DNA from: Felis catus
Lineage: Eukaryota
Assembly (NCBI RefSeq): GCF_018350175.1
Contig: NC_058382.1
Span: 48,610,001-48,674,000 of the forward strand
DNA: 64,000 nucleotides
Reading direction: 5' to 3'
The position numbers were made by a program, and so were the translations under genes. Below, in pieces: positions 13,414 to 26,020 of this stretch. The notes under the pieces are model-generated. The model saw only the letters and a program-made list of their open reading frames with translations, had not been told where the DNA came from and ran no database searches. How positions within the stretch are numbered: the stretch's first letter is position 1; the number at the start of each line of letters is the position of its first letter.

Positions 13414-14113
13414 ATTAAGCCCAAGTTTCATCTGCATAGCAGAAAGAACTACAGGAAGCCAAAAAACCACCACAAAGCCAGGAGTGAGGCCACAGGGAAC
13501 CAGAAGTACAAGCAGGTAGCTGGAAAGAAGGAGGATACTCCATTCTTCCTGCTCCAACTCAGGTTTAAATCTCCCACCTAAATTCTCACCCCCAGAAAAG
13601 ACACATGGACTCCAGCCACCTTAAAAACTACATTGTATTTCTGGTTAGATTTCAGAGTGGCAGAACTCAGGAGTTATACTATATTCAACCTGGTCCCCAC
13701 CTCAGCTTGCCTGCCTTCCCCACATCTCTCCCCCACCTCCCACCCACAAAGATAACATTGTACAAAACTATATTTACAGGAAAACTGGTTAAAAACTAAG
13801 GGTGTGTACAAAAGTAGACAAGAGAGCCAGAAACTTCAGTGCAGGGAAAGCTTGGGGGAATCGCCAACATCTTATTACACACCAGAACCTGGGGGCAATG
13901 TATTACGTACTAGGCAAAAAGAAGCATAGCAAATTTCAGTGCCAATTTTAGGGGGAACCAGTCACTCCAGGGAAAGAGTGGATACGAAAGACATACTAGC
14001 TTTAATATTACAAAGTCTTAATTAACCAGCCACCCTTCTGCCACATGGATTCAGAGCCAGGTGGTAGGGGAAACAAAACAGAGTCTCTGACACAAGCCCC
14101 ACAGGGAAAGGGC

Positions 14114-14254
14114 TCAGAAGGCATAACGGGTCCGGATGTCCTCAAGCTTCTTGGACACCTCAGGTGGGGTTCGGTCCAGTTCTTCAGAGACATTCTTCTG
14201 TTTGTTGGGCTCCATGGAGTTGAACTGCTCACAGAGGTCTCCGTCTATCACATT
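14114..14254 (-). CDS. SF3B3: SF3B3 exon 26 coding part (141 nt incl. TGA)
   Basis: [46 protein letters not shown]. Confidence 0.97.
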   Translation of the reverse strand, partial: NVIDGDLCEQFNSMEPNKQKNVSEELDRTPPEVSKKLEDIRTRYAF

Positions 14255-17200
14255 CTAAGACATAGAAAAGTAAGGAATAAAAAGGTTAGACGCTCACGGA
14301 AAGTGACATATGCTAGAGCACCTGCAAGGAAAGGTTTTCTTCTCTCTGATATCTGAACCATTTACAGAGCCAGGAATGCTATTTTAAGTTCATCCTCAGT
14401 AGCCTGTGTTCAGATTAGCAAAACTGGGTGAAGGCTTTTCTCTGGCTGTGGTCTGCCCCAGGGGAAGAGGTCCCTGAATATCACTAGTCATTCCTTTCCC
14501 CCATTACTGCCTCCATCAATCCACCCCTTTAATTCAGGACTGCTCTGATTTTTAAAAGACAGAGGTCCACAGAAAAGACAAGTTAAATGGGCTAAAGATC
14601 CCCCTTTTCAACTCAGATTTCCAACAAGACCCCAGGTTCTGGTGTGTAGTAAGGTTAAGACCTTACCTTAACAGGGAAGTAATAGGAACGAAAGCTGAGG
14701 TGGTCTCGCCCACAGAGAGGGGGATGCTCAGACCGTAGGTGCATTTCCACATGCTGGAAGAAGTCATGGTCCTGGTGGAAGAAACAAAGAATCTGTCATT
14801 AAAAGAAAAAAGTGATTTCAACTACTAGTCTATGGTTTCCAGAAGCAAAATGAACAGACAAGCCATTGATTTTTTTTTTTTTTACCACAGAGATATTAAC
14901 TACTTGCTAACAAATTGCTTAATTTGTTAACAAATTGCTTTGTTTGTTAACAAATTGCTTTGTTTGTTAACAAATTGCTCCTTTGACAATCACAGGTTTT
15001 CCTGCTACAAGATAGCGAATGCCTGAAAGAAACCCCACCTATATTTACAGAACACAAGAGAACACCGTACGTGAAGAGTGATTTGTGAAGTCAGATTCCT
15101 GATCCCAGCTTCTTTAGCTGGAATGACATAAATCCAATTTAGCCAATCCCAGAGTTGACTCAAGGAGGCAGATTAAATGCACAGTACTCATCTTCCATCA
15201 TTCCTACTCTTGTGGGGTTTGGTTCTGGGGCTTTGGCCTCTGACTAATGCTATATCCACATCAGAACTGAACCAAACCCAGGTACAATATGAAAATAAAT
15301 GGCTTTTCCCACAGGGGTGGGAGGGGGATATCAGGATTCTTATCTACCTTGGCACATCTGTCACTTTATAAAATTTCCAGAACATGCCTAGCTGCAAGTG
15401 GGGACATAAGATTTGTCCTTTTAGGCTGATTCAGCACCAAGAAACAACCTTGCCAAAGCAAAGGCCAAAAGAGTGTGGGAGATTTTACCTCATGGGATGT
15501 GAATGGGACAAGGATGCCAATTCCTCCTGACAAGGTGGTATAGACAAGCGATTCTGAGCCTCCGGGGATCAGTGTGGTCTTCTGTAATGACAGCACTGTC
15601 TCGCCTACATGGTAGTTCATGATCACCTCTGCCTGCAAGTCAAAAACAGACTAGTAACTATGTGTGCCCTCACAACCTGTTCTAGATTACCAAGAGCAAG
15701 AAGTGCCTCCAAAGGGCAGATTTCATCTTCTTTTAAATCCAAAACTCACTAACACTTAAAAATACTTCAGAATGTTAACATTTACTTGAGATTAATGTCC
15801 CCACCAACATGCTAAAGTTAGATCATTTCTGATAAACAATTAGAGTGAAAAAAATTTTTGTTAAATTACCAAGTTTACATAAAAAAACCCACAGAAAATT
15901 ATTAAAAAGCAACAATCATTAGACTTGCCTTCTAAAATAGATCTAAGAAGTCCAGAGATGCTTTACTACAGAAATACATGCCTATAGGAGAAAAGTAAAG
16001 AACCCAGAACATCTCAGAGAGAAGCTGATTCATAAAGGGAGTGACGCTATTTAACAATTTTTTCCAAGAAACTCATTATGCTCCACTCAACTGCTAAAAT
16101 GTCTTGGAAAAAAATCTTATTTCTACAGTCATAAAAATGGAATGTTGACTTGTTCATTTTACATCAAACCTAGCATCTGTCCATCAGAGGCCATAAAAGG
16201 ACTTCCATACACAGGAGAGTACTCAGCAGAATCATGTGCGCTGTGGATAAGTGACTAAAAACTGTTCCCTCAGTGAAGGGCCATGGGGAATGTACTATGC
16301 AGGCTGGCTCCCATCCTTCCGAGCCCCTTCTGTAATCCTACCTTCTGAGAGGCCCCGTTGAGCAAGCCCCGGTCCCACAAGGCTTTGTTTCCTGTGGGAT
16401 CCTCATCCACTTCATCATTGGTGTTAGGTGGGAGCCTTACCTACAAGGAAGTGACACAAGTCAGAGGACTGGGTCCTACACTTACTCACCTGAATCACCA
16501 AGCAATGTTTGCCCCAGATCCTTGAAAGCAAACCTGGGACACCAACTTTGGCACAGGCCTGAGCTGGTTTCCTGCACCTAGTGTCTGAGTGAGAAACTCA
16601 AGAGTATAAAGCCCTAAGCAAAAGCAAACCAAAGGCCATAGGACATAAATAAGGAAAGTGACACTGGGCTTAAAAAGAGAAGCCGGAGCCTGGGTAACTC
16701 AGTCGGTTAAGCTTCTGACTTCGGCTCAGATCATGACCTCACAGTTCGTGAGTTCAAGCCCCGCACCAGGCTCTCTGCTGTCAGTGCATTCCTGTTTGGG
16801 ATCCTCTCTCTCCTTCTCTCTCTTCCCCTCCCCCAAGCGCATGTGCTGGCTCTCTCTCAAAAATAAACAAACATTAAAAAAGAGAGAGAGAGGGGCGCCT
16901 GGGTGGCTCAGTCAGTTAAGCTGCCGACTTCGGCTCAGATCATGATCTCGCAGTCCGTGAGTTTGAGCCCCGCATCAGGCTCTGTGCTGACAGCTCAGAG
17001 CCTGGAGCCTGTTTCAGATTCTGTATCTCCCTCTCTCTGACCCTCCCCCGTTCATGCTCTGTCTCTCTCTGTCTCAAAAATAAACGTTAAAAAAAAAAAA
17101 ATTTTTTTTTAAAAAGAGAGGCCAAAATTCTGATAAAAGTAAAAATATACATTACTCATTAGTTCAAATGAAACCTATCACTATTAAATTATGTTCCAGG

Positions 17201-20200
17201 GGTTCCTGGATGGCTTAGCCAGTTAAGTGACTCTTGATTTTGGCTCAGGTCATGATCTCACAGTACCCGAATCTGAGTCTCACACTGGGTTCTGTGCTGA
17301 CAGTGCACAGCCTGCGTGGGATTCTCTCTCTCCCTCTCTGCTCCTCCCCTACTCGTGCTCGCTCGCTCTCTCTCAAAAAAAAAAAAAAAAAAAAACCCTA
17401 AACATTAAAAAAAATCATATTCCAATGAAGATGAAGAAGGTGGACTGGTAGGTGGTGGAGGGATGGAGGAGAGGAGGTTCTAAATGACAAGAATGGGGAG
17501 GCTGCCTAGCTCAGTCAGTAGAGTGTGTATAACTCTTGATTTGGGGGTTTTGAGTTTGACCCCCACTTGAGTGCAGTAATTACTTTAAAAAAAAACTTTA
17601 AAATAAAATTTAAAAAAATTAAAAAATGATAAGAAAGCTTACACAACAGTTTCATTTTTAGAGGCAGCCTTAGTAGGATTGAATTCTATACTCATTTTTA
17701 CTTTCCATATTAGAAATCACAGTCCTGGGTCCTTGGTTTTACCAGTGAAAACTATGCCAGCTTTTCCACACATCAATGTAAGCCAAGTAAACATCAACTC
17801 ACCACACAAATGTTGCCAAACTTATCTGCCCCAGCCACAGTGTCATAGTCCAGAAGGCTAGCCGTAGTGACCCATCGTGGGTAAGTATCATCAGCAAAAA
17901 TGATGAGCTGGTTCTCATTACGCTTGTATCGAACCCAGATGAAACTTTCCTGGACGTCAGACACAATTACCCTGTGTCCAATAGTCTGGATCCCAGAGAT
18001 GTAATTGGCAATATGCTGGGAAAAACACAGACAGCAATAGGAGTAACCTTGAGGTTCAGAACACACAGAAAGTCCAGCTGCTCCTGACTTCAACACATAC
18101 AGGGCCTAGAGAATAGTAGTCGGCAAAAAATTGCTAAAATACAGGAAAAAAACTACTGGTTTTAATATAGAGGAAATATATGCTCAGTTCTCAGAGTTAA
18201 ATACCTTATAGAAGCAAGCAGGACAGAATCTGGTTCTTTATGTGAAGAAATCAAGAAAGCCACCTAACTGCTCTCGTTCTCCAGGCTCAAAGGCCTCATT
18301 CTTAGGCTGAAATTAGGGAACTACAAGGTCCTAATAAAGAGATGTGATTTTAAGTTACTGTCCACCATCCTGCCCATGTTTCCTTCTTCCACACTAGCTA
18401 CATCTGAAGCCCTCTACCAGCATATTTACCTTGTTCTCACACTTTCGGAGTAACTTCTTCTTCCCCAAGTCATAGACTCGCAGAAGCTTCCCCACACCAA
18501 TCAACACCCTCCCCTGGAATGGGGCAATGGCAGCAGGGACCTCTTCCACTGGAGTCTGTGAGAAGAAAAGCAGGTATTGCAGCTATCAGAACACCAGTCA
18601 TACACTAGCCCCACCCTCTCAAACCTAAAATATCTTTACAGGCATCTGTCAGGAAGACAATGAGTGATCATCTTTTGCTCATCAGAGAAATAAATCACAC
18701 ATACAACAGTTTCTATGAAACAGAGTGTTTGGGTAAATAGGTCCCATACACTGCACATCACTCAGCAAATCAATCAGTGCCGCAGGTGGAAGGAAGCCCT
18801 CAGGCCTGAGGAATGCTGTCTCTGAGCCCATGCTAATTCAAATGGTGCTATTAACTAATAGTGAAGACTCAATACTGGAGAAGTGATTGCTGCTTGTGGA
18901 CGGATTGGAATGGAGTGCTAGTGACAAGGGAGACACAATGAGTTTAGCACCAAGACAACTCCATGAAGTAACTGTTTCTTAGAGGATACTTCCCTGTGGA
19001 AGGGCTGAAGGAAAGGAGATACATAAATGTACTGTGTGAAAGAACAGGAATTTTTTCCCTTAACTTAAAAATTGTGGCTAAGTCAGATGAATGTCCGACT
19101 TTGGCTCAGGTGATGATCTCACAGTTCCTAATTCAAGCTCCACAACAGGCTCTGTGCTGGCAGGTCAAAGCCTGGAGCCTCTTTCAGATTCTGTGTCTCC
19201 CTCTCTCTCTCTGCCCCTCTCCCGCTTGTATGCATGCATTCTCTCTCAAAAATAAACTTTAAAAAAAATAAAATTTGTGATTAAAACACATAAAATTTAC
19301 CACTTTAATCGTTTTAAAAAAAAATTTTTTTTAACGTTTATTTATTTTTGAGACAGAGAGAGACAGAGCATGAACAGGGGAGGGGCAGAGAGAGAGGGAG
19401 ACACAGAATCTGAAATGGGCACCAGGCTCTGAGCTGTCAGCAGAGAGCCCGATGTGGGGCTCGAACTCACAGACGTGAGATCATGACCTGAGCCAAAGTC
19501 GGACGCTTAACCGACTGAGCCACCCAGGTGTCCCATTAATCATTTTTAAGCATACAGTTCAGTGACATCAAACATATTCACAGTGTTGTGCAACCAAAAC
19601 CACCATCTATCCCCAGAACTTCTATGTATCTGTTAAATATTAACTCTTGAGAGAATATTAATTCTTTAGAACTGCTGGATTTTGGTAACAAGTTGCTGCC
19701 TGCTTAGTAAAACTAGTAAACAAGGGGCCAATTCAGTGTGCATCTATTTCACCACTGTGGATGGTTAGCACATAGGCTTCCGGTGGGACACCCAAGCAAT
19801 GGAGCTTCACTGGAGCATGAAAACCCCAGCATTTTCTGTGTGCCACCAACAGATGGAACACCATCAATGAGCTGGTTCCCAAAATGGTCACCAGAAGACC
19901 TGACCCACAACTTAAGCAAAAGTGGGAGAGTCTAGTAGGACCTAAGATCCAGGCTGGTTCCTACCTTGTGCAAAAACTCCAATTTTTCCCCATTGTTCAC
20001 AAGCTTGTAGGTATAGACAAAGCCCCCTGCTACAGACCGGGGATTGAGTATCAGGTCTTTGGCCACGCCCACCAACACATACCAATCATCACCAGTATTG
20101 GAGAACCTACAAACAGCCACACTGTATACAGAGAAAGAAGCAGGAATCAAGCATTAGTTATAGGCCAGAAAATTCCCATAAGAGCCTCCAAAACCCTGGA

Positions 20201-23200
20201 GCTGATGTCCTGAGCTCCTTACCTAAAAGCAGCCTCATTCTGTTCTAGCTGGACAAGGTCTAGTGTGTTCCCTTGAATAGGATTCATGACTCGGATCACA
20301 GAGGCCCACTGCCCATTGCCAGCCTTAGGAGCTCCAAAAATGGATTCAGGGAGGTTTTCATTCAGGAACGCTGCTGCCATCTCTGCAGCAAGCTCCCGCT
20401 CGTCCTCCCCTGCTGCTTCTACCATTTCCTAAATCAAAAACAAAACAAACGAAAATAAAAACAAGGATGAGTTGGTGTGTTCAGAAGTGGGTGCTGGGTG
20501 AGAAGTGGTCAAGCAGCAAAAACACCTCCAAGGAGAGTTCATATTATATACAATAGCAAAGTCTGTAGGCCAAAACCAGATTTCCCAAAACAAAGATTAA
20601 AGGGAAAGGTGTATACATAAGGGGAGGAGGGGAAACCACTAAAGGGGAAATCAGGTACTTCTTTTTTTTAATACCAAAAAAACTGAACATCAACTGACAA
20701 CCGACAAATGGTCTGAGATACATAAAATGAAAACACAACTCTTCCACCTACCCCATCTAACTTCCCATGCTAAGACTACTATTTGTCTCCTCTCTTCCAG
20801 GCCAGATACAGTTTTACATGGTTGGATCTATTTGTTTTTTGCTGGGAAATGATTTCTGGAAAGAAGAAGTGCTGTGGAAAGTATGAAAGCTGTCTCCTTT
20901 GGGCTCAAATCCAGGAAACACACACAGACTGTTTAGGAAGCTCAAAGACTGAACAACTATGTTCTAAGAAAGAAAGCTGAGTACTAAATAAACCCAGGTC
21001 AGTATATTAGTTTCAAGTCACAAAAAAACCTCTAAAACTAAGGATTCTGGCAAAGGGCTCTACTTAAAGGACCTGACAAGAGCCTGGATCTTTAGAATAT
21101 AATAAAAAATTACACAAGTTTAAACTTTTCAACAAAATTTCAGTGCCTTTTAATTGAACCCTAAAAGTCAAGTCTCATTACCTCTGCCATCTGTTGCTTT
21201 CTCTGAGCTTTTGTAGCTTCTGTGTAGGCATTGTGGTCTGTCTCAATGATGATAAGGTTGTTACTCTCTGGGTGAATGACAAATTTCCTGGGTGTATACT
21301 GCAATGGAAAGGCTACCTGATTGAAGACAGCACCTAGCTTCTCCAATGCTAAAATCCTATGGGGAGAAAGGCAGGGAATTAATAGATTATTCATTCAGGA
21401 ACTAGAAAATGATGTCAAAATAGTCCATGAGCAGTCACAGCAAATGCATCACCCCTCAAGCTCTAATGCTGGCAGTAAGAAGCATGCCTTCTAATAAAGA
21501 AGATTCTGCACAATAGACAAATCCTAGAAGAGACTTCCACTCCAGGAACAGCCAGCAACTATTCATGGTGACTCTGGTTTTCACCGTTGAAACCCACATT
21601 AGAACCTTCAAAGGAGGGGCACCTGGGTGGCTCAGTCAGTTAAGCCTGACTTCAGCTCAGGCCAAGATCTCAGGGTTGTGGGTTCGAGCCCCACATCGGG
21701 CTCTGTACTGACAGCTCAGAGCCTGAAGCATACTTCGATTTCTGTCTCCCTCTCTCCCTCTGCCCTTCCCTAGCTCACTGTCTCTCTCAAAAATAAATAA
21801 ACATTTAAAAAGAGAGATAAAACACCATGCAGGTAAAGCAATTCTGCTGAAATAGAAGGTATATATGTGTGTGGAGGTTAGAGAGAGAGTGAACAATGAC
21901 TGAAAAGATCCTGAAAGCTACTGCATAGATCTGGGAGTTCACCTGGTAAGTTATCCACTTGGTAAGTTATAGCCTCTTGATAGAGTTGCTCTTATGACGA
22001 GCCAATACTTACAACCAGGACATGAACATGGGTGGCAGCAAAAGACCAAAAAAGTAAAAAACAAACCCAAAACTTGAGACAGTCGAAACAATATAGATAG
22101 TGCACACTCTAACATACTCAGTATAAATAGGAGTCTGTCAACTTACAAAAGGCCTAAAGAATTTATACTGAGGTTAAAACTGAACATGTAACACTGCAAA
22201 TAAGACAGAATGAGAATGAGAAAAAGATATCAGAGATTCAATTCCTGCCTGCTCTAAAACTAATCCAATGGCGCTGCCCTGGAAAACAAGACTCTTAAAT
22301 GTTAAGGAAAGTGAACTGTACTGATCAGTATATTAAAACTTGGCCATGAAAATCTAAACAGAAGCTAAAACTTCAGACACTGAAACTTGGCTACCAATAC
22401 TTCATTAAAATCCTGAGCCAAATGAAGGTTTCAGTTCCAACACCCTAGTCCCACGGTGAAGAGTCGGCTCACTGCCACCAAGTCATCGCTTCATCACTTC
22501 TGCCAACACTCTAGCAGAACCAGAATCCCAGCCATTGGCAGAACTTCCCAGTGGGCTTGCAGTGTGGAACTCTCACCTCAGAGTATTGGTGGAGATGGCA
22601 ACAATGCCCTCAGGACACTGTTCAGAGGCGAAGCCAGACGCAAATTCCAGGGTCTCATAAGACAAGGGGGTGAGATGGAAACGAGACTGGTAAGAATAGC
22701 TCAACCACGAGCGGCTAGACATGGCCAACACCTGAGGAAAGAAAAACACCTCCAATAAGCTTGGGATAAACACAAACTTGGAATGCTAACCGAACTCCGT
22801 ACCTGTAACTTTCAGTCTGCAAAATATCCCAACGAATTTTGGAAACCTAAAAGGCTACCTTAAGATTAAAAAGAGTCCTGGAGAAGAGGCAGTATGTATG
22901 GCTTACTATCTGCTCAAAGCATGAGCTACTAGCTGTTATGACCTAATCACTCAATCTCTTTACATTTCCACATGTGTAAAATGCGAATACTATCATAAGG
23001 CTGGACAGTTGCAAGAATGACATGCTATTACACCTAATGCTGACTGCAAGTCAAGAACTAGCATAGCACCCAGCAACAGTAACATTCTTAGATACAAAGG
23101 ACACAATGTTTCCAATCTCTTTCACATTACTTGGTAAACCCTGGTATTGGTACAAGGTTGCTTGTGGAAAAAGGTACCCCAGATGGGAGGTTTCTAGCTA

Positions 23201-25614
23201 CCTCTCAATCACCTCCATTTGCCCAGCCTGAGGGCTGAACAGATCCATATCCTAACCTACCCACAACCAAAACAGCTCAATGCCATGGAAAGCTCTGGAT
23301 GAAGGGATCCACAACTTCCTACATGAAAGACACTTACAAGAGGGAGCTAATGTCAAACTAACTATATATGGGTGAATTAATGATAGCAAAACTTACACCA
23401 AGGGAACTTTTCTCAGCTGATGCCACTAACATCTAAACATGCTGCCTGCCCACTTTCATTACTTACTGCCTCTTGGCCTTGCATCCGGACACGGAAGAGT
23501 TTCACAGGACGAGACCCCAGGTACCTAGTGCGGGTGTCAGACAGATCCCCAGTGACGGGGTCCAGGACAGTTCTCAGCAGCACACCATTCTAATAAAAAA
23601 GAGAGAGTGGGTGAAACTTATCCATAATGGAAGATCCCTCCCTTGGCGACTTCACAAAATATGTAAGTTCAGAATAGATGGAAGGAAATGACTTGCTGGT
23701 TTAAAGAATATCCTAATGATCAGCCAGCCACTTGCTCATTCAAGTAGTTACTGAACATTTACTAAATGAAAAGCACTTATTTTTCACTGTATATCCTTTA
23801 AAATTCTTTTACCATGTATGTTAAACTATTCTTTTTTAAAGTTTATTTATTTGTTTTGAGAGAGACAGAGAGAGAGTGCAATGGGGGAAGGGGTAGAGAA
23901 AGAGGGAGAATCTCAAGCAGGCTCTGTGAACTCACAAACTGTGTTTGCCTGGGCTTGTCCCTAAGTTGGGTTCTGCCTGTGATAGCATGAAGCCTGCTTG
24001 GGATTCTCTCTCCATCTCTCTCTCCCCATCCCCTACTCACGCATGTTCACTCCCTAAAAACAGACATTAAAAAAAAAGACTCTTAAGAGAATTGGCTAAT
24101 TCAGGGCTGGGGCAAAAATATTCCAAGAGTATATAGGGCACTCTGTTATGCCAGAAGGAAGGCCCCAAAGAGAATGGGGTCATATTCAAACGACAAAAAA
24201 CCTAACTTCAAAAGGGAACTTCTACTCATCTAAAAAGAGGCAATTTAGTATCCACAAATGAAAAAGACAATAGTTTAAAGCACAAATATATAAAAATCTG
24301 CAAGTTCAGGTTATCCAAAAAAACTAAAATTAAAAAATAATAAAAAATTACTTCATTAGTCCCCACTGGAGACTACTCTGGCACCAATTCCTTACTGTGA
24401 AAACAGATAAACAAAGGGGAAAAAACAAAGTACTTATCCTTTCCCTCTACAAACTGTATTTTGGGATAGGCAAATTTCCTCTTTGGAGAAAAGTTCCAGC
24501 TAATAAAATGAAGAATGAAATAGAAAATTGTCATTTCCCAGTCCCTAATGACATAATGAATCTAGGCAATGTGCCATCAATGACTGTTATTAGGTAAAAG
24601 GTTGATGAGAAGATAATGTGTCCTTAAGTATAAGATACAAAATATCAGGGGGCACCTGGGTGGCTCAGTCAGTTAAGAGTCTGACTCTTGATTTCAGTTC
24701 AGGACACGATCTCTCGGGTTCAAGAGTTTGAGCCCTGCATCGGGCTCTGGGCTGACAGCTCAGAGCCTGGAGCCTACTTTGGATTCTGTGTCTCCCTTTC
24801 TCTCTGTTTGCACTCTCTCTCTCTCTCTCTCTCTCAAAAATAAATATACATCGGGGCACCTGGGTTACTCAGTCGGTTAAGCGTCCCACTTTAGCTCAGG
24901 TTATGATCTCACAGTTCATGAGTTCGAGCCCCACATCGGGCTCTGTGCTGATAGTGCAGAGCCTGGAGCCTGCTCAGATTCTGTGCCTCCCTCTCTTTCT
25001 GACCCTCCCTCACTCATTCTCTTTCTCTCTCTCTCTCAAAAAATAAACATTAAAAAATTAAACAAACAAACATAGGGGGCATCTGTGGTGACTCGGTTGA
25101 GTGTCTAACTTCAGCTCAGGCCATGATCTCACAGCTCGTGAACTCAAACCCTGCATCGGGGTCTCTGCTTTCGGCATACAGCCCACTTCAGATCCTCCAT
25201 CTCCCTCCTCTCTGCCCCTCCACTGCTTGTGTTCGTTCTCTCTCACATAAACGTTAAAAAAAATTAAACCTTTAAAAAATTCAAAAAATAAAAATATCAG
25301 ATTTCAAAGACTTTGTTAAAAAAGAGAGAACAAAGTTATCTTAATTTTTATACAGATAACAAATTGAAATGACATTTTAAACAAAAATGTTTAAATAAAA
25401 CATTACAGTTAACTTCATCTGTTCCTTTTTCGTGGCTACAGGAGTATTTAAGTTACACAGGGCTTATGTTATATTTTTAATGGACAGCATGCTCTAGATC
25501 CACCCTCTAGTCTATAGGAATTACAGAGGATAGAACAGTAACATTAAACACACAAGAAAGGACTCTGCCAAATCCAAAAGGCAGAAATTCTTCAAGACAA
25601 ATGATCTGGTTTCT

Positions 25615-25651
<37 letters not shown>

Positions 25652-25980
25652 TGTAGGACAATTTTTCTTTAAGTTTTTATTTATTTTGAAAGAGAGAGAG
25701 AGAGCGAGAGCAGGGGAGAGGCAGAGAGAGAGGAAGAGAGAGAATCCCAAGCCTGCTTGGGAATCCCAAGCACTGCTGTCAGTGCAGAGCCTGATGCAAG
25801 GGTTGAACTCATCAACCAGGAGAACGTGACTTGAGCTGAAATCAAAAGGCACATACTTAACCAACTGAGCCACACAGACACCCCTAGGGTAGGACAGTTA
25901 TTAAAAGAAACAAAGGGGGAGGCAGCGCCTGAGCAACCCCTCTCCCGTTCACGCTCTCTCTCTTAAAAATAAACAAAACA

Positions 25981-26020
<40 letters not shown>

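Noticed and set aside
14901..14980. Palindromic repeats superficially like a CRISPR array
   Set aside because: There are no unique spacers or cas genes and the context is a eukaryotic intron. It is a simple minisatellite.
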